Below are positions 57,158 to 64,000 of a stretch of DNA of 64,000 nucleotides, in pieces; the first letter of the stretch is position 1; each line of letters opens with the position of its first letter. Origin of the DNA: a virus (Duplodnaviria > Caudoviricetes); IMG/VR virus record IMGVR_UViG_3300014000_000001, positions 168,791 through 232,790 of that record, one strand, 5' to 3'. The translations under genes and the position numbers were made by a program. Under the pieces are notes generated by a model that saw only the letters and a program-made list of their open reading frames with translations, was not told where the DNA came from and made no database searches.

Positions 57158-58273
57158 ATGAAACATTTAGTTCTTTATCATGCGAACTGTATGGATGGTA
57201 CGGCTGCAGCTGCAGCACATCAGATGGGTGTGGATTATAAAGATGGTGATTTAAATTATCAATATGTTCCAATCAACTACGATGTGAAAACTCCAGAGTT
57301 ACTGGATACGCATTTGGCTAAATCAGAATTGACTCTTGATCAGTTTGATGTGGTTTGGATGTTGGACTTCTGTTTACTTAATCCTATTTTAGATAAACTC
57401 ACCCAAGCCAATAAAATAGTCATCATCATTGATCATCATAAAACTGCAATTGATCAATTGGCTGAATTCAAACACCCGCATCTATTTTACATCTTAAGCG
57501 CTGACAATCAGTTATCTGGTGCAGGCCTTAGCTATTTGTTCCGCCACAGTTATACTCAGTTGTTTCACTTCTTGACTGAAGTATCACCTAAAACCTTTAA
57601 AAGTCCTAAAGGTTATGAAATCATTTCCAACATCCCTACAATTGAAAGCTTCATGTCAAGTTATCACAGTATCTTATTTGAATGGATTCGTATTCGAGAT
57701 GTTTGGGATGAGTCTGACCCAACTGCTAAACATAATGCGGATATGTTCTTTTACGCAATCACTAACCGAGGTTGTTTTGAACTTCCTAAATTTAAGAAGT
57801 TCTTGGTTGAATATAATGAACATGAAACAGCGAGCAGTAGAGACATGTCACGTTACTTGTTCGATCTCATGAATGAAGGTAAATTAGTTTATTCTGTGCA
57901 TCGAAATAGTTGTGAAACAGCGATTAAAGGTGGTTATAAAGTTGTAGTTGATGGAACTCATATCAAGAACATTCAAGTACTCATCACCGCATCCCCAGTA
58001 AAACAAGATTCATTGCTTGGAGACATGTGGCGTGAAATGCATCCAGATCAACCTACTTTGATGGTGGGATTATCTTATATGCATAAAGAATGTAAAGTGG
58101 TTGCGGGTCTACGTTCTAACCATTTGATTGATTGTTTAACCTTAGCTAAGCAATTAGGTGGCGGTGGACATTTACGTGCGGCGGGATGTGACCTAAGTCC
58201 ATTCTTAGGTGCTCGTGGTGGGATTGAATACATTAATGAGTTTATCACTGACCTCATTAAAGAAATCTATTGA
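57158..58273 (+). CDS. DHH/DHHA1 family phosphoesterase (NrnB-like oligoribonuclease)
   Basis: YHANCMDG, LDF, IIIDHH, SGA, RDVW, LRS and GGGGHLRAAG motifs. Confidence 0.85.
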   Translation: MKHLVLYHANCMDGTAAAAAHQMGVDYKDGDLNYQYVPINYDVKTPELLDTHLAKSELTLDQFDVVWMLDFCLLNPILDKLTQANKIVIIIDHHKTAIDQLAEFKHPHLFYILSADNQLSGAGLSYLFRHSYTQLFHFLTEVSPKTFKSPKGYEIISNIPTIESFMSSYHSILFEWIRIRDVWDESDPTAKHNADMFFYAITNRGCFELPKFKKFLVEYNEHETASSRDMSRYLFDLMNEGKLVYSVHRNSCETAIKGGYKVVVDGTHIKNIQVLITASPVKQDSLLGDMWREMHPDQPTLMVGLSYMHKECKVVAGLRSNHLIDCLTLAKQLGGGGHLRAAGCDLSPFLGARGGIEYINEFITDLIKEIY

Positions 58274-58278
58274 TTATA

Positions 58279-58325
58279 TCCTTAGTGTAATTATGTGAAG
58301 TCATTCATGTCAATTACATTGGGGA
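58279..58325 (+). promoter_or_regulatory. RBS-sequestering hairpin with internal TATG (58292-58295) upstream of the holin-like gene
   Basis: tccttagtgtaatt pairs with aattacattgggga (14 bp, 3 G-U), covering the GGGGA RBS. Confidence 0.6.
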
Positions 58326-58331
58326 AATCTC

Positions 58332-58595
58332 ATGGTAACAGTTCCAAAGGTAAGTGCGTTAAAGAAGTATAGTGTATTGTTTCCATACATCGTGTGTGGG
58401 GTATCATTAATCACGTATATCGGTCAGCAAGCAATTGGCTTAGCGTTGATACCTGAAGAGTATCAATATATCATCACAGCGATCCTAGCGCCATTATCAG
58501 CTCATTTAGGTAAGATGATTAAACAACCTAATCTTCCTGACTCACCCTATAATCCAGCGAACCAGAGTACATCTGAAGGCGATAGTTCAAATTAA
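58332..58595 (+). CDS. Holin-like two-TM membrane protein
   Basis: Two hydrophobic helices and the GKMIKQPNL motif recalled from small gammaproteobacterial phage holins. Confidence 0.6.
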   Translation: MVTVPKVSALKKYSVLFPYIVCGVSLITYIGQQAIGLALIPEEYQYIITAILAPLSAHLGKMIKQPNLPDSPYNPANQSTSEGDSSN

Positions 58596-58623
58596 AATAA
58601 AGGAGCCTAGGCTCCTTTATTTT
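58594..58623. terminator. CCTAGG-centred perfect palindrome (30 bp), terminator-like
   Basis: aaaataaaggagcctaggctcctttatttt, then tttatgc. Confidence 0.85.
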
Positions 58624-58670
58624 TTTATGCTGTTTAATGTTCTTATAGTGTTTAACGTGTGGATTCAACC

Positions 58671-61145
58671 ATGATTAATGATCGAATTGTATTAATAGGC
58701 TATACTCGAATTAGTCAGAATTTAATAACTAAAATAGAAATTGATTTCACTAAAAATATCCAAATCATTATTGGTTCTAATGGCTCTGGTAAGTCATCAT
58801 TGAAAGAACAATTCTCCCCATTACCTCCAGATAGCGCGGACTTTATTAAAGGGGGTCGTAAAGAATGGTATGGTCGCCATAATGGTTCGAACTATGTCGC
58901 TATATCAGACTTCGGTGATCAAGCAGGACATTACTTTGAAAAAGATGGAGAGGTCTTAAATAACTGGGGAACTGCTTTAGTACAGAAAGCTTTGATTGAA
59001 CGAGAGTTTAATTTAACTCCACAAATCTTTGAAGCACTAGCAGGACTTAAGAAGTTTACAGAAATGTCACCTATTGATCGTCGTGATTGGGTGATGTTTT
59101 TATCGCGTATGGATATCTCTCCACTCATGTCTGTTTTCATGGATGCTAAAACAAAGCAACGTGATGCTAAAGGGTATTTAACCAAGATCAGTGAACGTTT
59201 AAGATTAGAAGAGAAAAATAAAATTGATGAAGCGATTGTGCTTGAACGCAATAACGAATTACTCACCTTAAAGGATGAGTTTAATTATTATTCATCTTTT
59301 AGCTCAGAAGTACACCCTTTAGCAAATAGAGTTGATCTACAAAACCAGAAACAATTATTGATTGATTTCATGGACCAAGTGCTTGAGAACATTCCAAAGG
59401 TTCCAGCATTATTTGTTCAAAAGGGAATTAAAAGTATAGAACAACTTCAACATTACATCATTGAGAATAAAGCAAAGCTTGAAGGACTTAACCAACAATA
59501 CCAAAAACTCATGAAAGATCTTGGAGAAATCAATAAGATCGCAGAAGCAAAGGCAATGCTTTCTAATCAAGGCATTGATGAGATTCAAGCTAAAATTAGT
59601 TCAATCAATGCTGAAATTAGTAACTTAGATGAAAAGTTAGCTCGTTATGATTATACGATTGAAAATCCTAAACAAGCTAAGTTAGATTTTGTTCGTACCG
59701 CATTAGAGCTAAGAAGCAAACTATTTGAATTACCTAATAATCAGGAATTGAAATTCAACAGCAATCAACTAAATGAGACGCGTATTCGTGAAGAGGGTAT
59801 GCTTCATCGCATCACTAGAGTTCGTGAAACTATTTTCAAGAAAGAACATCAGATCAAACACATCGATGAATCCCAAGAGATCATCTGTCCTGATTGTCAT
59901 TATTCATTTAAACATGGGGTAGGTAAGAATGATCGTAGTATGCTGGTTAAAGAGATTGAGAATCTTAGATTAGAAGAGACTCGTCTTGAGCAAGGGATCA
60001 AAGAGGACAAAGAATATATTCAAGAATGCAACGCATTCATGGAAGCAATTCGTGATATTTATAATACCATGAATCTTACTCCATCGAATCAGGGGTTGTG
60101 GCAAGTTATTAAAGCTCAAGAGTTCTTTAAGAATCCTACATTCTCGAGTATTGAACTCATTGATAAACATTATGATTATTTAGAGTTAGCGGTTCGTAAA
60201 GCAGATTGTTTGGAATTACTGAATAAAGAACAAGATATTTTACACAAAGCGCATGAATCATTAAACATCATTAATGAATCTAATCTAAATTCAGTATCTA
60301 AAATTGATGAAGATATCTTCGATCTTCGTAACCAAATTGACGTATTGAAGGAAGAAGTGCAATTAGCGGAATACACCCATTCAAGATTAAAGCATAGTTA
60401 TCAACAGATTGGGCAACTGCGAGAATACTTTGATGATTTTCACTTAGCTTATTTTCATAAGTTGGATGAGATGCGTGCAAGCTTCATTACTGATACCAAA
60501 TACAACATCATGAAAGAGATTAACTTCATTGAACAAGAGCTTGAACAAGCTCGAGTTAAGAATGCGATCTTTAAAGATGTTGAAGCCGAATTAGAGGGAG
60601 CTAAGCAAACTCACAAAGAATATAGTATCATTGTTGATAATCTATCGCCCAATACTGGGTTGATTGCAGATTACATGAACTCAAGTATTGAGAACTTTGT
60701 CGAGAGTTTTAATCTATTCATTCAATCTGTATGGACGTCTGAACTTAAGATTTTGCCTTGTGTGAATAAGAAGAGTGATCTAGATTGGAAGTTTCCAGTT
60801 GAAGTGGATAACGGGGTACGACGTCGAGATGTAAGTAAAACCTCTACCTCACAAACTGATATTATTAATTTTGTATTTCAATTGATTATTGCACGCCATT
60901 TAGGAGCATCTGAATACCCAATGTTCTTAGATGAGTTAGGTTCTTCTATGGATGATCAACATCGTATCAACATGATGCATGTAGTTTCTGATTTGGTGGA
61001 AACTCACCAATGTTCTCAGATGTTTATGATCTCTCACTTTGCAGCATTTCATGAACAATTCACCAACAATGAAACCTTAGTACTCGATGCTAAGAACATT
61101 ATCAATATGCCTAAAACCTATAACCAACATGTGAGAATTTCATAA
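58671..61145 (+). CDS. sbcC: SbcC/Rad50-like SMC ATPase (phiKZ gp165-like)
   Basis: Walker A GSNGSGKSS, zinc hook CPDC, signature STSQ, Walker B FLDELG, MISH; probable ATG 58671. Confidence 0.9.
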   Translation: MINDRIVLIGYTRISQNLITKIEIDFTKNIQIIIGSNGSGKSSLKEQFSPLPPDSADFIKGGRKEWYGRHNGSNYVAISDFGDQAGHYFEKDGEVLNNWGTALVQKALIEREFNLTPQIFEALAGLKKFTEMSPIDRRDWVMFLSRMDISPLMSVFMDAKTKQRDAKGYLTKISERLRLEEKNKIDEAIVLERNNELLTLKDEFNYYSSFSSEVHPLANRVDLQNQKQLLIDFMDQVLENIPKVPALFVQKGIKSIEQLQHYIIENKAKLEGLNQQYQKLMKDLGEINKIAEAKAMLSNQGIDEIQAKISSINAEISNLDEKLARYDYTIENPKQAKLDFVRTALELRSKLFELPNNQELKFNSNQLNETRIREEGMLHRITRVRETIFKKEHQIKHIDESQEIICPDCHYSFKHGVGKNDRSMLVKEIENLRLEETRLEQGIKEDKEYIQECNAFMEAIRDIYNTMNLTPSNQGLWQVIKAQEFFKNPTFSSIELIDKHYDYLELAVRKADCLELLNKEQDILHKAHESLNIINESNLNSVSKIDEDIFDLRNQIDVLKEEVQLAEYTHSRLKHSYQQIGQLREYFDDFHLAYFHKLDEMRASFITDTKYNIMKEINFIEQELEQARVKNAIFKDVEAELEGAKQTHKEYSIIVDNLSPNTGLIADYMNSSIENFVESFNLFIQSVWTSELKILPCVNKKSDLDWKFPVEVDNGVRRRDVSKTSTSQTDIINFVFQLIIARHLGASEYPMFLDELGSSMDDQHRINMMHVVSDLVETHQCSQMFMISHFAAFHEQFTNNETLVLDAKNIINMPKTYNQHVRIS

Positions 61146-61658
61146 ATGTTAGAAACAACAGCAAAAGCTTTTATACCTTTTCGTAATCAGGAAAATAAGA
61201 TTGCAAAGATTGCCCGAAACAATTCAGAATATCTTGATATTCTGAACTTTAACATCACTGAGTTAAAACCCCCTATCTGTTTCGATTGGGAACGTGAGGT
61301 GAGTATCTCACTAACTGAGGAGCAGGATAAATATATTCAAGCTCACACTGAGGGTAAAGCGGAACCACGAACAATATCCGAAGCGCGTGAAATTATTTTC
61401 CCGAGTATGATTGCTAAGTTTAAACCTCAGAGATTAGTACACCTACAACCAGAACGTATTATAGTGGTGAATAACACAGTGGGTGTAGAATGTTCATATT
61501 TGGGTTCTCTTGATGTTGATCTTTACCTCCCTAAGGATGTTGAAATTACCAATCACGCGCAACCATTGGAAATAGTTGAACAATATAAAGGGAGTGAGGA
61601 TTATCAAGTTATGATGTATGGTTCATGTATCCTTGCATTTATTGTAGATGTTTTCTGA
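61146..61658 (+). CDS. Hypothetical protein (170 aa)
   Basis: Abuts the sbcC stop codon. Confidence 0.7.
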   Translation: MLETTAKAFIPFRNQENKIAKIARNNSEYLDILNFNITELKPPICFDWEREVSISLTEEQDKYIQAHTEGKAEPRTISEAREIIFPSMIAKFKPQRLVHLQPERIIVVNNTVGVECSYLGSLDVDLYLPKDVEITNHAQPLEIVEQYKGSEDYQVMMYGSCILAFIVDVF

Positions 61659-61674
61659 TTAATAAAATTTGTTT

Positions 61675-61697
61675 TAAATATATATTATCTAACTGAA
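61675..61697 (+). promoter_or_regulatory. Phage early promoter-like motif, copy 7
   Basis: taaatatatattatctaactgaa, overlapping a 13-bp inverted repeat at 61686-61717. Confidence 0.7.
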
Positions 61698-61735
61698 GTA
61701 ATGGCTTCAGTTAGATATATTACAGAGGTAGAAAA

Positions 61736-62287
61736 ATGGTAACAACGCGTAAACAAGAAGAGATTCATAAACTCTTCACAGCAGTACAGAACTTAGGATT
61801 AAGTGTACTTCCTGATCATTTTAATAAACCTTATTTCACATTAGTTTCTGATCGTGATCGCATTTACCAGATCTCTTTGGATAGTTTATCCAGAGTTAAA
61901 GTGGTGGTTATATTTCATGAATATGCGTACAGTAATACTTTAGAAGATCGTCGTAACGCAATTAAAACCGCCAAAGATATCTTTGAATTCTATCATGATT
62001 TCCGTGCAGGTCATTTCGAGCAGATTCATGAATCTTTAAAAGATAAGAAACTTCCAACGCTTGGTTTGTATTACAAAAATGAATCAAGTGAAAAACGTGT
62101 AGTGGTAACATCTACACGTTACCATGATTATGATTATCTATTTTTCCACATGGATGAATATATTCAGAAATTCGATACTGATCTTGATCAATTGACTCAA
62201 TTGATTAAAGAAGATTTTGACGCAGGAGGTTTAACTTCTCGTTGGGAAAAAGAAGTTCAGGTAGGTAAAAGCTGGTGGAGACATTAA
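61736..62287 (+). CDS. Hypothetical early protein (183 aa)
   Basis: ACAGAGG RBS. Confidence 0.75.
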   Translation: MVTTRKQEEIHKLFTAVQNLGLSVLPDHFNKPYFTLVSDRDRIYQISLDSLSRVKVVVIFHEYAYSNTLEDRRNAIKTAKDIFEFYHDFRAGHFEQIHESLKDKKLPTLGLYYKNESSEKRVVVTSTRYHDYDYLFFHMDEYIQKFDTDLDQLTQLIKEDFDAGGLTSRWEKEVQVGKSWWRH

Positions 62288-62733
62288 TGAATACATTATT
62301 TCATGTAAATGAGTTGGGGAATATTCTAGAGCAATCTAACCCACGCACTTACAAGAGTAATAAAATCATTGACGGTAAACACAGAGTAATTCACATTGTC
62401 CCTTACTTAAGTGGGTTACGCATATATGTTCAGAAACGAGAAGTAATTATTCTTGGATCAGTTCATACCTTTGATGATCGAAATGCAAGTAATATCAAAC
62501 ACTTAACTCGTTGGGGTGAATTGAAGAAACGTATTCAAAAATACTTAGAAGAACATCATCCCAAAGCGATGGTGGATTTCACTTATGAAGTTAATCGTTA
62601 TTATGGGAAGAAAATGATCATGAAGAATAAGATCTCTTTCAATACCGATAAACTTATTTGTACCAACGAACTCAAACAAGCAGTTGAATTATTTAAAAAT
62701 GTAAATGAGTTCTCTAGACGTCAATCATTTTAA
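62275..62733 (+). CDS. Hypothetical protein (~150 aa)
   Basis: ORF; the real start is probably the ATG overlapping the upstream stop (GGAG RBS). Confidence 0.7.
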   Translation: METLMNTLFHVNELGNILEQSNPRTYKSNKIIDGKHRVIHIVPYLSGLRIYVQKREVIILGSVHTFDDRNASNIKHLTRWGELKKRIQKYLEEHHPKAMVDFTYEVNRYYGKKMIMKNKISFNTDKLICTNELKQAVELFKNVNEFSRRQSF

Positions 62734-62740
62734 TATATCT

Positions 62741-62763
62741 CAGATATATAACATCTAAGTGAA
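62741..62763 (+). promoter_or_regulatory. Phage early promoter-like motif, copy 8
   Basis: cagatatataacatctaagtgaa. Confidence 0.75.
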
Positions 62764-62814
62764 GTAATCCGTTATTTCACTTACTCAATTAATTTAATCA
62801 CAGAGGTTTTAATT

Positions 62815-64000
62815 ATGCCAAACACACAATCACTTACCATGCACATTAAGGACACGGCTATTCTCCACAATGTTGGAAGTCAGTTATTAAAAGCAGATGT
62901 TGATTCAATTCTAGGTATTGAAATATACAGTAATCACATCAACCTCATTCAAAAGGATGCAACAACATCCTTACGCCATGCATTGCAAATGTGTGGGGTA
63001 AAGATTACCTCCATTCTCAAGAACAACATATTGTTGATAGAAAATGGATTAACGGGAAGCCATAATGTATATCCGTTAGATCGTGTGTTCTCAACGACTG
63101 ATGATCTATTTGTGACTTTATCTTTATTGGAACGTATAGCTGTTGCGCGTAAGTTTATTAAACAGTATCGGTTCGGTATCAGCATTAAAGAAAATGAGTC
63201 CCCACTATCGTTGGCTGGTGTGTTCAGTACATCTTTAGCGCAAACTGAAAATAGACATCCATTCGGTGTCGTTAAAAGCATCCGATTGAATGGTAATGCT
63301 ATGTTAAACCCTGAAGATCCAGCAAAACCAACAGATGCTTTCTGGGAGAAAGACACTCCTGCGGATTCGGAACTGCGCAACAAAACATTTGATCGCAACG
63401 AAATTATGGAGTATTTGGAAACTAACCGAATTCCTAAACCTAAAGAAACTACAGGTGGAAGTTTCCCAGACCTTGAAAACGGTGATGATTTTAGTAACCG
63501 TAGTTTTGATCAAAACGTTGATGGAGATAAATCAACTCCATCTACAAATATGTTCAACAAGAAACTTCCAGTTACTGGAGGCGAGGATGAAGCAGCAGGC
63601 GATGAGACATATGCACTTGCTGTGGATTTATTACCTAAAGATGCTTTAGGACTATTGGCCGGGGTTACAAATCTACCAGTTCATGATTTTGTAATCGAAA
63701 ACGATCGTGTATGGATGTACAAGTTAGGTGTAACTACCGATCTTAAAGTCACTCGTTTAGCTTCTGGTGCTGGATTCTATGCATTTACAGGTGATCAGCT
63801 TGCAATCAATGGTTTAACTGATGAAGATCTGAAGGCGTACAGTGATATCATCAATACTCGCTATAACCACAAAACCACAACTATTGTTGAGTTAGTGAAA
63901 ATTGATGAGAAAGGTGAAACGGTATTAATGGTGAAAACTGGGAAATCAGTAAAACCTAACACCTTCCTTAGTAGTCGATTAAACTCAATCACGGAAAACC
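62815..64000 (+). CDS. Hypothetical early protein, truncated by the window end (absent from the ORF track)
   Basis: ACAGAGG RBS, ATG 62815; open frame MPNTQSLTMHIK... to the end of the window. Confidence 0.8.
   Translation, partial: MPNTQSLTMHIKDTAILHNVGSQLLKADVDSILGIEIYSNHINLIQKDATTSLRHALQMCGVKITSILKNNILLIENGLTGSHNVYPLDRVFSTTDDLFVTLSLLERIAVARKFIKQYRFGISIKENESPLSLAGVFSTSLAQTENRHPFGVVKSIRLNGNAMLNPEDPAKPTDAFWEKDTPADSELRNKTFDRNEIMEYLETNRIPKPKETTGGSFPDLENGDDFSNRSFDQNVDGDKSTPSTNMFNKKLPVTGGEDEAAGDETYALAVDLLPKDALGLLAGVTNLPVHDFVIENDRVWMYKLGVTTDLKVTRLASGAGFYAFTGDQLAINGLTDEDLKAYSDIINTRYNHKTTTIVELVKIDEKGETVLMVKTGKSVKPNTFLSSRLNSITEN

Noticed and set aside
25872-58623. CCTAGG palindromes as CRISPR repeats, REP/MITE elements or IS ends
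   Set aside because: They are dispersed singly at gene ends with different arm sequences; no spacers, transposase or target-site duplications
62949-63649. ORF-track calls 62949-63398, 63304-63513 and 63335-63649
   Set aside because: All overlap the longer RBS-supported frame starting at 62815 that runs off the window
1-64000. Genome-wide stop-codon reassignment
   Set aside because: Long genes are intact in the standard code, and TAA, TAG and TGA all end genes; only one isolated in-frame TGA was seen
1-64000. tRNA, rRNA, introns or inteins
   Set aside because: No cloverleaf, rRNA-like stretch or homing-endonuclease/intein motif noticed; tRNAscan and Infernal would be needed to be certain

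Overview
AT-rich, gene-dense 64-kb segment of a phiKZ-like jumbo myovirus (Chimalliviridae-type). The host is plausibly Acinetobacter or another low-GC gammaproteobacterium, inferred only from the endolysin/holin types and base composition. Recognisable core genes, from memory of protein families and synteny rather than a database search: non-virion RNA polymerase beta subunit (gp123-like), portal (gp129-like), baseplate protein (gp128-like), gp139-like virion protein, RuvC-like resolvase, GH19 endolysin, central spike (gp164-like), SbcC ATPase (gp165-like), DHH phosphoesterase and a holin-like protein. About 30 kb encodes tail-fibre/adhesin proteins. The top candidate for an undescribed system is a split-domain fibre arrangement: two paralogous ~1840-aa fibres, each a chain of 13 Calx-beta/Ig-like repeats, both end in a repeat lacking its last two beta-strands. 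Two separate small tip genes (a T-even gp38-like polyglycine adhesin and a 318-aa protein) begin with those missing strands, suggesting plug-in receptor-binding tips attached by donor-strand complementation. A second, Cys-bracketed repeat family may be split in the same way. Non-coding signals: eight copies of an early-promoter-like motif (one pointing antisense into the spike gene), nine loop-less CCTAGG-centred palindromes (seven exactly 30 bp), TATG late-promoter-like sites, and a hairpin that hides the holin RBS unless transcription starts inside it. No tRNA, rRNA or CRISPR array was seen.
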